From Octopus vulgaris (Eukaryota), in assembly GCA_951406725.2 (NCBI GenBank), contig OX597817.1, positions 154,566,001-154,630,000 of the forward strand: a DNA stretch of 64,000 nt, read 5' to 3'. The notes beneath the pieces were generated by a model. It saw only the letters and a list, made by a program, of their open reading frames with translations. It was not told where the DNA came from and made no database searches. The position numbers and the translations under genes were made by a program. The first letter of the stretch is position 1. Each line of letters starts with the position of its first letter. Shown piece by piece: positions 1-11,699 of this stretch.

Positions 1-262
1 TGGCACCTGTGTCAGTGGCACATAAAAACACCATCCGAGCGTGGCCGTCTGCCAGCCTCACCTGGCACCTGTGTCGGTGGCACATAAAATCACCCACTAC
101 ACTCTCGGAGTGGTTGGCGTTAGGAAGGGCATCCAGCTGTAGAAACACTGCCAGATCTGACTGGCCTGGTGCAGCCTTCGAGCTTGCCAGACCCCAGTTG
201 AACCGTCCAACCCATGCTAGCATGGAAAGCGGACGTTAAACGATGATGATGATGATGATGAT
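1..262 (+). mobile_element. 3' end of the RTE-like LINE with (GAT)n tail. Further copies: 1683-2052+, 5533-5826-, 6330-6543+, 6627-7053+, 7908-8586-, 17660-17909+, 39162-39444+, 56995-57285-, 58145-58513-, 62172-62370-
   Basis: Shared GGAGTGGTTGGCGTTAGGAAGGGCATCCAGC...CCATGCTAGCATGGAAAGCGGACGTTAAACGATGATG. It is linked to RTE coding sequence at 3685-5138 and 8550-8586. Confidence 0.85.
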
Positions 263-446
263 TTGAGTAGTAGAATGAATTATCTTGTTATGGATAATTC
301 GGTTAACCGATACCTGGGTAGCAAATTCACATCAGAGAAGACACGTTTGAAGTTACGTGCTTTCATGTGGAAATTTGTATGTTATTTTTAAAAATATAAA
401 TATATGAAAGAATGGAGTTGAACGACGAATTAACAAAATTCCTTTA

Positions 447-529
447 TTTTCGACATATGTTTCGAAGGCTGCATATTCCTAATTGCGAAGGAATAAGGAG
501 TATATTATGCCGCTTTCTCATCAGGAAAA
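447..529 (-). ncRNA. Hammerhead ribozyme motif (type I, PLE-type)
   Basis: Minus strand reads TTTTC-CTGATGA-[long helix II GAAAGC...GCCTTC]-GAAAC-ATAT-GTC-GAAAA, with a palindromic helix III (ACATATGT). Confidence 0.8.
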
Positions 530-599
530 GCAACTGGCAAAAACACCTTTCAATCATATCATTATTCATATGATTGAAAGGTGTGTTTTTGCCAGTTGC

Positions 600-682
600 T
601 TTTCCTGATGAGAAAGCGGCATAATATACTCCTTATTCCTTCGCAATTAGGAATATGCAGCCTTCGAAACATAAGTCGAAAA
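600..682 (+). ncRNA. Hammerhead ribozyme motif (type I, PLE-type)
   Basis: TTTTC-CTGATGA(605-611)-helix II-GAAAC-ATAA-GTC(675-677)-GAAAA. This is an inverted copy of 447-529. Confidence 0.8.
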
Positions 683-753
683 TAAAGAAATTTTGTTAAT
701 TCGTCGTTCAACTCCATTCTTTCATATATTTATATTTTAAAAAAATATATATA

Positions 754-789
<36 letters not shown>

Positions 790-1053
790 AATAGATGAGT
801 GTATTTTTACCTTGTTAACAATTAACACAGAAAAAATAAATAAATAGTAACCAGGGTAGCAAAAATCTCACAAGTAAACATACATTTAGTGCATATAAGT
901 ATTCACTATTGGTATCCCTACTCTTTCTGTTAGCTACTTATGACGTTATATCAGATAACGTTTTTTTAAACAATATTAATAGCGTTCTGTCAATCGCTAT
1001 ACAAATCCATCATTTTTTGCTAAAATGTCTTATTGACGAGTTTCGCTTTTTTC

Positions 1054-1139
1054 ACTTTCCTGAGGAGAAGATTGCATTGTTTATACCATTTATTCTTTTG
1101 AATAGTATCAGTGGAATTTTCGAAACATGTGTCGAAAGT
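1054..1139 (+). ncRNA. Hammerhead ribozyme motif (type I)
   Basis: Helix I ACTTTC/GAAAGT, core CTGAGGA, helix II GAAGATT/AATTTTC, then GAAAC-ATGT-GTC. Confidence 0.8.
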
Positions 1140-1180
1140 AAAAATATTTGATTACACCTGCGTTAAACTCCACTTATTTA

Positions 1181-1615
<435 letters not shown>

Positions 1616-2283
1616 TGACGGAACGCACGCATCCATTTCTAAGTAAGATTGTTCTTGATATATATATATATATATATATGATGCCTGTGCCGGTGGCACA
1701 CAAAAAGTACTATCCGAACGTGGCCGATGCCAGCGCTGCCCCGACTGGCCTCTGTGCCGGTAAGACCATCCGAACGTTGCCAGCGCCGCCTCTGCTGGCA
1801 CGTTAAAAGCTCGAACCGATCGTGACCGATGCCGGACCCCCCCCCCCCCCCGGCCCCTGTGCAGGTGGCACGTAAAAAGCACCCACTACACTCACGGAGT
1901 GGTTGGTGTTAGGAAGGGCATCCAGCCGTAGAAACTCTGCCAGATCAGACTGGAGCCTGGAGCGGCCCCTGGCTTCCCAGACCCCGGTCGAACCGTCCAA
2001 CCCGTGCTAGCGCGGAAAACGGACGTTAAACGATGATGATGATGATGATGATATGAATCACAATCAAGGTGCAGAAATGGCATATTCCGAATAAACAAGG
2101 TAATGTAATCTGATGGTAGAAAGAATTCTGCGAATTAAGTACTCCAAAATCAGTTGGAAGGCCAGGGGTCCATGTGCGCATACAGTAAATAGTTGATCAA
2201 AAAAGAAAAACAAAGGAAAAATACAACAAAAAACATATGTGTGTGTGTGTGTGTGTGTGTGTTAAAATGATAATGATGATATA

Positions 2284-2424
2284 TTAGGTTGTCCCAAAAG
2301 TTCATAAACACTTGCGAAAATTGAATTTTTACTCGCCAAGTACTAACAAAAACAACAAAAATTATTCCTCAAAATAAAGACCATTATTTTCCAAGACTTT
2401 CTACGAACTTTTGGGACAACCTTA
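2284..2424. mobile_element. Mariner-like MITE
   Basis: TIRs TTAGGTTGTCCCAAAAGTTC / GAACTTTTGGGACAACCTTA, with TA flanks. Confidence 0.75.
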
Positions 2425-2639
2425 TATATTATTTATTTGTTGTAAAGCTACATAAGTGACTTAAGGTCCTAAAGTTTCATGCCTAATTTCTTTAAATTTG
2501 ATAAGTGCTTTGTATCACATAGCGTCACAGCTAATAAATAGTATATAGCATCATGTATTTTTGAATTTTAGAGTTGTTAATTTTTTTCCCCTTTTCCTTT
2601 AAGATTAGATTTGCTCAAAAGAATTGCAAGCTAGGTCCA

Positions 2640-3065
2640 CTACTGCTCTCCATCGCTGGCAGTCCCATCCCAGCCCCTTACAGAGTGGTGTCGAGTCTCT
2701 GGAGATCTTCCTTAATCACATCCAGCCAGCTAGTGCAGGGCCTTCCACAAGGTCTCTTCCAGCGCACAGCTGCTCCATCGAATGAGAATATATCACTGGT
2801 ATGGTGATCTAGCAGGAGATGGAAGACATGTCCATACCAGTGCATGCAATGGATACTTATGAGGTGGGAGGCTACAGATTGAAACCTGTGTGCACGCAAT
2901 TCTTTGTTGGAAACGTAATGGCACCTTCTGATGTTTTCAATGGTTCTCAAGGCTCTGCTATTTAAGCCATTGAGCCACTTTGCCAAGGTCTTCAAGAGGT
3001 GTTGCATCTTTGCTCCATAGAGGAGTATGGAGAGGACTGATGCATACTTCCTATGGAAGCTCCTC
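2640..3065 (-). mobile_element. RTE-clade LINE, fragment of the ORF 3' end
   Basis: SILLYGA...WYGHVFHL...WKRPCGRPCTSWLDVIKEDL. Confidence 0.75.
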
Positions 3066-3684
3066 TGATGCCACTGCTCTCCTTCAGAAGAAGTTTCTGT
3101 AAGACTGCCAGCCACAAATTGAACATTTTATTTAGTATATGGATTTCTTGTCAGTTTTGACAATGAGTACTCTGTTTGGTTGATCAACTGGACTTTCTAG
3201 ATTCTGAATTTGTAAGTGGCTAATTATTCCACAGTGTGGTTGGCTCTTTGAATTACAAATTCACTCTGACCTATTGGTTTCTGCAGTACTATTTCATAAA
3301 TCCCATTCACAAGCTATAAGTCAACACAAGGCAGTTGCTCTAGGTGCCACACAGCTACCAGCACTGGACACAGCAGTGTCCAGTACTAAGTTTGTCCTCT
3401 CAGTCCTTATTGCTGTAAACATAAAATCCAATGCAGGGGTTTTACAAAAAAGAAAGAAAGACACATTAGATAATACATACAGTCTTAGATATACTATCTC
3501 AAAAAATTCAGTAAGAAACGCCTTTGGTTATAGTATCTTTTTTTTGTTAATATTATTATTGAGTGAGAGAGCAGCTCATGCCATCAAAGTGACACTGGGA
3601 CACAAATATATAAAGCCCAATGCACCCATCATGACTATTCACCTGATAAGGGTACACCAGGCACATGACTTAGCAGATTAGTAT

Positions 3685-5138
3685 TCATCATCATCATCAT
3701 TATCATTTAACGTCCATTTTCCATGCTGGCATGGGTTGGATGGTTTGACTGAGGGCTAGCGAGCCAGAAGACTGCACCAGGTTCCAATCCAATCTGGAAA
3801 AGTTTCTACAGCTGGATTCTCTTCTTAACACCAACCACTCCAAGAGTGTAGTGGGTGCTTTTTACATGCCACCAGCACAGGTGCCAATCAGGTGATACTG
3901 TCATCAACCATGACGACTTCATTTGCCTCAACAGGTCTTCACAAGTGCAGTTTATTGCCCAATGATTGAAGGGTGCTCTTAAATGGGCTTGTTATGTTGC
4001 ACTGGCATAGGCTACAGTTACAGTCTTCTCAAGCACAGCATATCTCCAAAGGTCCTGGTCACTTGTCATCGCCTTGTTGAAGCCCAACGTTTGAAGGTCG
4101 TACTTCACCACCTCATCCCAGGTCTTCTTGGGTCTACCTCTTCCACAGGTTCCTTCAACTGCATGGGTGTGACACTTTTTCACCCAGCTGTCCTCATCTA
4201 TATGCAACACATGACCATACCAGCACTGCCATCTCTGTTGCACACCACATCTGATGCTTCTTATGTCTAACTTTTCTCTCAGGACACTTACACTCTGTCG
4301 AGTATGCACACTGACATTACACATCCAGCAGAGCATGCTAGCTTCATTCCTTGCAAGCTTATGCATGTCCTCAGCAGTCATGGCCCATTTTTCACTGCCA
4401 TGTAGCATGGCTGTTCACACACATGCATCATACAGTCTACCTTTTACTCTGAGTGAGAGGCCCTTTGTCACCAGCCGAGGTAGGAGCTCTCTGAACTTTG
4501 CCCAGGTTATTCTTATTCTAGCAGCTACATTCTAAGAGCAACCACCCCTGCTGCTGACTTGGTCACCTAGGTAACAGAAGCTATCAACTACTTGTAGTTT
4601 TACCCCCAGGAATGTGACAGAGACTGTTTTCTGCACAATTTCAGTGTTCATTGCACCTGAGTATTTGACACACACAAAATCGATCGTCCCTGTTAGCTTT
4701 CCTTTGATATTGCTGCACCTCTCTTATGTATCCATTGCTTACATCTTATGGAGTTTCTACCTACACCTTTTCTACAGATTGATGAGGGCCATCTACCTGA
4801 AGGGATTTGTGGTTTATCTGCTTTCCTACTTATTAAGACTTTGGTTTTTGCTAGATTGACTCTAAGGCCCTTCGATTCTAGACCTTGCTTGCACACCTGA
4901 AACTTCTCTAGTTCTGATTGTGACTCCACTTTTAGAGCAAGGTCATCAGCATAGAGAAGCTCCCAGGGGCACCCTGTCTTGAATTCCTCTGTTATTGCCT
5001 AAAGGACTATGATAAATAAGAGGGGGCTGAGGACTGATCCTTGGTGGAGCCCTACTCCTACCCGGAATTCTTCACTGTACTCATTACCAACCCTCACATT
5101 ACTGACAGCATCCCTGTACATGACTCGTACAGCTCTCA
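3685..5138 (-). mobile_element. RTE-like LINE, 5'-truncated (RT plus 3'UTR and (GAT)n tail)
   Basis: QGSVLSPLLF (about 5015-5043), LLYADDL (about 4938-4960), VNLAKTKV, LHGSEKW, WYGHVL and GRGRPKKTW, followed by the abundant 3'UTR family ending in GGACGTTAAA(TGA)n. Confidence 0.9.
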
Positions 5139-5285
5139 CTAACCACTCATCTGTAGCAGATGAGAACACTTAGCAGTGCTCAAATGATTAGAAATTACAC
5201 TCCAATATCTCATAATAATAATAATCGTAATAATCATAACCCTTTCTACTATTGGCACAAGGCCTGAATAATGATGATGCTGATG

Positions 5286-5332
<47 letters not shown>

Positions 5333-5972
5333 CCTTTCTACTAGAAGCACAAGGCTTCATATTTGGGTAGAAGGGATTAAGTCAATTACATCAACCCCAG
5401 TGCTTAACTGGTACTTATTTAGTTGACCCCAAAAGGATGAAAGGCAAAGTTGAACTCAGAACTTAGTGACAGGCGAAATACCACTAAGCATTTCGCCTAG
5501 CATGCTAACGATTCTGCCAGCTTTGCCACCTTCATCATCGTTTAGCGTCCGCTTTCCATGCTAGCATGGGTTGGACGGTTCAACTGGGGTCTGGGAAGCC
5601 AGAAGGCTGCACCAGGCCCAGTCTGATCTGGCAATGTTTCTACAGCTGGATGCCCTTCCTAACGCCAACCACTCCGTGAGTGTAGTGGGTGCTTTTTATG
5701 TGCCACCGGCACAGGTGCCAGACGAGGCCATGGGTTATGGTCTCTACACGGGATGTAGCCAGTCCACTTATGCATACCTTTCCTTCTTGGAACACAAAAC
5801 TCTACTTGTGAAGACCTTATGCATACCTTAATAATAATAATAATAATAGTAATAATTGTAGTAGTAGTAGTAGTAGTAAAAAATTTTTTAAAAAGAGAGA
5901 TATTAATATAAACATTTCTGGCTTGTTTTTTTTGTTTGTATTTGTTTTTTCGTTTTTTCTTTCTCTTTACAG

Positions 5973-6065
5973 AAATTGGCAGCATGGAAAGTCTTGACAA
6001 GTTGATGGAAAACATTCAGTTTTTAGAGAAGATAGTTGAAATTCATCAAATGGAAGTTAGGAAAA
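5973..6065 (+). CDS. Internal coding exon of a TBK1-adaptor-like / UBZ protein; encodes (E)IGSMESLDKLMENIQFLEKIVEIHQMEVRK
   Basis: A strong polypyrimidine tract and CAG acceptor end at 5972, and a GTATGT donor starts at 6066. The exon is 93 nt, phase 1-1, and joins the 10214 exon in frame (A+TC = Ile). By eye the peptide aligns without gaps to the TBK1-binding helix pattern of AZI2/TANK/TBKBP1. Confidence 0.7.
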
Positions 6066-7275
6066 GTATGTACTTACTTACTTTCTTTCAATTAATTAAG
6101 ATGTCTGACAGTTCTTACTTTCAATCTTCATGAAATTATAGATGTGGGGGGAAAAGCAGCAGATAGAATTTTGACAGGATTTATTTACCAAGAATCTGGC
6201 ACGAAGGAATCCAAAGACTGTCTTCAATGGAAGACGATAATTCTTTTATTAATCTTGTTCCTTAAATGTCAGCTCAAGCGCCCATGTGGCATCACATAGA
6301 CACATGAGTGTATGCTTCATGTATGTAAAAGCACCTGTGTGGTGTTACATTAAAATGCCCCTGCAGTGCCATGTAAAAGCATCCAGCATACTCAGTAAAG
6401 TGGTTGGTATTAGGAAGGGCATCCAGCCATAAAAACCATGCCAAATCAGACTGGAGTCTGTTGCAGCCTTGTGGTTTGCCAACTCTGGTCACACCATCCA
6501 CCCATGCCAGCATGGACAATGGATGTTAAATGATGATGATGATTCCAGATCTTCTTGGTTGTGTGGGCTAACTGTCACTATCATGCTCATAATAAAAAAT
6601 ATTTAATAGCTGTAGGAGTTTTGGCTTCGTGCCGGTGGCACGTAAAAAGCACCATCCGTTCGTGTCCGTTGCCAGCTTCGCCTGGCCCCCGTGCCGGTGG
6701 TACATAAAAAGCACCGTCCGCTCGTGTCCGTTGCCAGCCTCGCCTGGCCCCCATGCCAGTGGCACGTAAAAGCACCGTCCGTTCGTGTCCGTTGCCAGCC
6801 TCGCCTGGCCCCCGTGCCGGTGCCATGTAAAAGCACCATCCGATCGTGGCCGTTTGCCAGCTCCATCTGGCACCTGTGCGGGTGGCACGTAAAGAGCACC
6901 CACTACACTCACGGAGTGGTTGGCGTTATCCAGCTGTAGAAACACTGCCAGATCAGACTGGGCCTGATGCAGCCTTCTGGCTTCCCAGACCCCAGTTGAA
7001 CCGTCCAACCCATGCTAGCATGGAAAGCGGACGCTAAATGATGATGATGATGATTAGCTGGAAAATAGCCATACTTTATTTTCGTGAGGAAGCTAGCAGA
7101 GCTAATTATTCAATATAATTACTAGAGTTTTTAAAAAAATAGTCGAAATCTATGTCAAAAAGAGCTTAAGTAAAATATATGAGGGGATATTTTGCCGTAA
7201 GACAAGGAAATAGGAAAAGATTTAAAAACCTCTCATGGAAAATGAGAGAATACCAGTTCAGTGTTATATAAGCAA

Positions 7276-7669
7276 CTAGCAATATCGCCCAGCATTGCTC
7301 GGGTTTGTAAGGGAAATAACTATATAAGCATTTTTAGAGAGTTATAGCAAAAAAAATGCATTAAAAATGGAAAAAAATTATGGTAAATTTTTTTTTAAAT
7401 CGTTGACTCATCGTAGACATTTTTAGAGAGTTACTTCCCTTATATAATAGTGAAAAAAATGCATTAAAATGGAAAAAAATTATGTTAAATTATTTTTAAA
7501 ATCGTAGACTCATCGTAGACGCGCGCTAATACTCAGACGGGCTCGATATGAATCACGACTGTAAGATACCCGAATTTGGTTAAACTGCACCGCAAAATGT
7601 GGGAGTAGTTAGGAATCTAAATCGAAGGGGACAGACACTCACACAACTACAGTTTTATATATATATAGA
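7276..7669 (-). mobile_element. Non-autonomous Helitron
   Basis: The minus strand begins A|TCTATATATA and ends with the hairpin CCCGAGCAATGCTGGG followed by CTAG|T. No TSD. A second copy lies at 24233. Confidence 0.8.
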
Positions 7670-8771
7670 TATGCAAAATGTGTAATGGAAATTAAGGTGA
7701 ACAAAGAGTCAGTGGTTTAGGTGCACCATATGAACTGGTAAAACTGTCAGTAAGAAATATCAGAAACAAAACACCAAGAACTGCCCCTGTAGTTTGCTTG
7801 GGATAGTATATAAGTTTTGCTGGAATGGAACCTTCAGGAGCTTAATAAAGTACATAACATATTTAAGGGGCTTAGTTTTTATTGTCATTAGAGAAGTTTT
7901 ATCTCTATCATCATCATCATTATCATTTAACGTCTGTTTTCCATGCTAGCATGGGTTGGACGCTTTTGACTGAAGGCTGGCAACCAGATGGTTGCACCAG
8001 GCTCCAGTCTTAATCTGGCAGAGTTTCTACAGCTGGATGCCCTTCCTAACGCCAACCACTCCGAGAGTGTAGTGGGTGCTTTTTACGTGCCACCTGCACG
8101 GATGCCAATCAGGCGGTACTGGCAATGACCTCACTCGAATCTTTTACACGTGCCACCGCCACAGGTGCCAGTGAAGCGACGTTGGTAACGATCACGCTCG
8201 AATGGTGCCCTTTTACGTGCCACGGGTACGGAAGCCAGTTGGCCGCTCTGGTAACGATCACGCTCGGATGGTGCTCTTGGCACCCTACTAGCATAAGTGC
8301 CAGTAAGGCGACGCTGGTAATGATCATACTCGAATAGCCACTCTGTCAACGGTCACACTCGTATGGTGCTCTTTGCATCCCGCTAGCATGGATGCCAGTC
8401 ATCGAAATGATTTTGATTTGATTTCACTTGCCTCAACAGGTCTTCGCAAGCAAAGTTTAGTGACCAAAGAAGGAAAAGCTACGCATAAGCGGGCTGGTTA
8501 TGCTCCTGGCATAGGCCATGGGTTATGGCTTCATCTGGCTTGCCGGGTCTTCTCAAGCACAGCATATTTCCACAAGTCTCAGTCGCTAGACCAGGGTTGT
8601 GGTGCTGTATGACCATAAAACATGGACATTGAAAACAGGTGTCCTACAGAAAAATGAATGGAATGAAAAAACGAGAGAAGAAACTCAGTTGTTAAACAAA
8701 TGTATGCAAAATAGTTGTAAACATGATATGAAAGTTGTTATATCTCCAGTTGACTATGTCTGAATACAGTG

Positions 8772-9089
8772 AGGGCGCGTGGCTTAGTGGTTAGGGCATT
8801 CGGCTCATGATCGTAAGGTTGTGAGTTCGATTCCCGGCGACGCGTTGTGTCCTTGAGCAAGACACTTTATTTCACGTTGCTCCAGTCCACTCAGCTGGCA
8901 AAAATGAGTTGTACCTGTATTTCAAAGGGTCAGCCTTGTCACTCTCTGTGTCACGCTGATTATCCCCGAGAACTACGTTAAGGGTACACGTCTCTGTGGA
9001 ATGCTCAGCCATTTGCACGTTAATTTCACGAGCAGGCTGTTCCGTTGATCGTATCAGCTGGGACCCTCGTCGTCGTAACCGGCGGAGTC
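8772..9089 (+). mobile_element. tRNA-derived SINE family D. Related or chimeric copies: 14474-14790+, 16602-16885+, 16890-17268-, 57827-58132+, 58741-59050+
   Basis: A box TGGCTTAGTGG, B box AGTTCGATTCC, and shared body GTGTCCTTGAGCAAGACACTTTATTTCACGTTGCTCCAG. Confidence 0.85.
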
Positions 9090-9515
9090 TTTATGCCTGA
9101 ATACATCTATGGTTTGAAGTTCATCACTTGAACGTTAAGCAGTGGCAGCCTACATGTCTTATACTCCAAATATACTGAACTTCTTCCTGCTCTGTCTCAA
9201 TACTGTAACGTTCTGCTGTAAAATCCTTGACTGGATAGATGCAGAACAGCTGTCAAGATATGTTGCAACTACTTTGTTACCCAGTCTGTTCACAAACAAT
9301 TGAAGACTGGTGTTTCACAACAGTGAAAAAATTTAATCAAGCGAAACAGTTGAAATGAAGTATATCATGTTTTACACAGGTTAGGCCTGCACATGAGATA
9401 ATATTGTTGCTCAAACATATTCAATTCATGACACATTGTCACTATTATTCCTAGTATTTGAATTCATGTATTAATAACTGTATTGTAGTCATAATTTCTT
9501 ATCTTCCTCAAATGG

Positions 9516-9846
9516 TTTAGTTAGGACAGCTTCGTGCGTGCGCACATACACGCGAGTACTGTCCAAATCTCTGACCAATCACATACAGCTTGCTGGCATT
9601 CAATTGGCGTATCAAATTTCAGGCATTTTGATTGGGTTTTGGATAGAAAATTCACAAAAAAGTAACTTCTATTGATTTTTTTTAATAGCTTTGCGGGGTG
9701 ACTGGGGAAATGTAAAGATGTGTACGACCACCCTTGGACGGTTTTGAATGACCATAGAAAGTGTGAGCCCTCTAACTGAAAAATTGTGGATTTATATAAA
9801 GGACACACACACAGACAAACGTTTTACCATTTATATATAGAGAGAT
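9516..9846 (-). mobile_element. Probable non-autonomous Helitron of a second family
   Basis: The minus strand starts A|TCTCTCTATATATAAA...GTTTGTCTGTGTG and has a GC-rich subterminal hairpin; the 3' CTRR end is decayed. Confidence 0.45.
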
Positions 9847-10213
9847 AAAGGACACAGTGCCCACGACCTTCACTGGCCATCTATCATGAATTGTCTAGTT
9901 TTTGGGGGTTTTTTGTTGTTGTTTTTTTTTGTTTTGTTTTGTTTTTGTTTTTTTTGTACATCATCTTCTTCATACAATACCTTTTCTCATCTACCAGTGT
10001 CTTGTCTACATTGTCATTTCTTCAATTCATATTTCTTAACTTTTCCTGAATATCTCTCTGGAAAAACGTTTAGCCTTGTTTGTTTTTTTTTAATTGCCTC
10101 ATGTTATATGTGAGAATTTGTTGTCTCTATATTTTACTTTTTTACTACATCTCTCTATCAATATTTCTAGGATGTAAATTAATTGTGATTTTTTTACTTT
10201 ACTAATCTTTCAG

Positions 10214-10836
10214 TCCGTCTGCATAGAAATCCTTCCAATGTGATTGCAACATTATCCACCTCATCACATCCAAGAAAACAACTAGAACATAATGAACTTG
10301 ATATCTTAAACCCAAGTGAGCATTTTAAACCTTGTTATCCTTATTCTGTGGAGCCTTCAGCTGAAATAGTTCAGGATGAGGATGATGATGACGATGATAA
10401 TGATCCTAGCTGGCAGGATTTCAAGAGAGACCCATTTCAAACTCTACATAATCCTCAAAAAGTGATTGACTTGCATCAGAAGCCAAAAACTGTTGATAAA
10501 CTTACAGATTTAAACAAAACTTTTCTGTATGAATCTACAACTCATTCTCCTCAAAATTCTTCTGTGGCAGAGGCAGCATATAACCTTCCTTTTGAAAACC
10601 CTACAAAGAGGACCGAAGATGAGAATATTATTTGTCCTTATTGTTCAAGAAGCTTTCATTGTTTAGAAATGGTTAAATTCCAAGAGCATATTGCTAAATG
10701 TTCCTCCCAAGGTGAAACAAGAGACTCACACCGTAAATGTCCTGTATGTGACAAAAACTTTCAACATGTATCTCAAAAGGATTTTGAAGTGCATGTTAAC
10801 ATGCATTTTGACCAAATGGATGGGCTGGATATCTGA
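10214..10836 (+). CDS. Terminal coding exon of a TANK/TBKBP1/TAX1BP1-like protein with two UBZ1-type zinc fingers
   Basis: TTTCAG acceptor at 10208-10213; the frame is open to TGA at 10836. Zinc-finger motifs CPYC...FQEHIAKC and CPVCDKNF...DFEVHVNMHFD; the second resembles the C-terminal UBZ of TAX1BP1/TANK. An AT-rich 3'UTR with AATAAA follows. Confidence 0.8.
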
Positions 10837-11007
10837 GATACTGTTTAATATTTAAGATATTTGGTTAATTTTTTTATTTGCTATTATTTATTTATATTTT
10901 GTATTAAGTTATCTTCAAACATGTACAGCAATACATGCTGCTATAATTTATTCTCATTTATATTATAGAAATTATTAAATTGAGTACAAAATTATATTGT
11001 ATATTAT

Positions 11008-11013
11008 AATAAA
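11008..11013 (+). promoter_or_regulatory. Probable polyadenylation signal of the UBZ-protein gene
   Basis: AATAAA about 170 nt after the stop codon, followed by a GT/T-rich downstream tract at about 11050-11076. Confidence 0.5.
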
Positions 11014-11080
11014 CATTTTGACTCTATTTAGAATCAATTTCATGCATCTTTTGTTGTAATTTGTTTTGTTTACTTTTTAA

Positions 11081-11300
11081 CCCTTTCGTTACCAACCTGG
11101 CTGAAACCGGCTCTGGCTCTGAGTACAAATGTCTTATTTTCATAAGTTTTGCATTAAAATATACCACCAAACCTTAGTCACAATTTATGTTCCTAACACT
11201 AGCTGAATGGTAACTAAGTTATTTTACTAAATTCTTTGTTATATTGAAAGTAATTGAAAGAAACAGAGAGCATCTCGGAATAAATACAGTAATAAAAGGG
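11081..11300. mobile_element. piggyBac-like MITE
   Basis: TTAA|CCCTTT...AAAGGG|TTAA. Confidence 0.7.
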
Positions 11301-11699
11301 TTAATAAAGAGTTTAAAACATCTAAACAATTTCTTTGAGGGTGAGGAATGGAAAAATAACAGATGGTCTGAAGCCAAAAAAAGTAAGAAAATCAGATTGT
11401 ACTAAGTGTTAATTATTTAGTTGAGTTGTCCACTGCATAATATCTCGCTCACTAACATTGTCAGTAGCACAACGATTCATTCAGTCGTTTCTATAAAGGG
11501 GTTGGTGATAAAATGGACATTCAGATATAACAATTGTAACATGCAGAACAACAAAGATTTGTCTGTTTTTTTCTGCTGTTCTGTATATTAGATGACAAAA
11601 GACAACATGTAGCAAAACATTGTGCTGGAACAGATCTGTCCAATCTGTGCCAACATGGGAAAATGAAACAGTTCTATATTTGAGAGATGAGGAATTATG

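Larger units (their letters stand above)
385..745. repeat. Near-perfect inverted repeat (about 175-bp arms, about 10-nt loop) with a hammerhead in each arm; probable PLE terminal repeat
   Basis: 385-559 is the reverse complement of 569-745 with a few mismatches; a (TA)n/(GT)n tract follows. Confidence 0.9.

Noticed and set aside
2604-2634. Possible 31-nt micro-exon of the UBZ gene (IRFAQKNCKL)
   Set aside because: The acceptor is good and the phase fits exon 5973, but the donor (GTCCAC) is weak and it abuts an RTE fragment. It cannot be supported without RNA data.
6627-6905. CRISPR-like repeated palindromic units
   Set aside because: The units are tandem with near-identical 'spacers', belong to an RTE LINE 3'UTR in a eukaryotic genome, and no cas genes are present.
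8772-8845. tRNA genes (also the heads at 12100, 57827, 58741)
   Set aside because: A/B boxes are present, but there is no intact cloverleaf or acceptor stem, and most run into SINE bodies.
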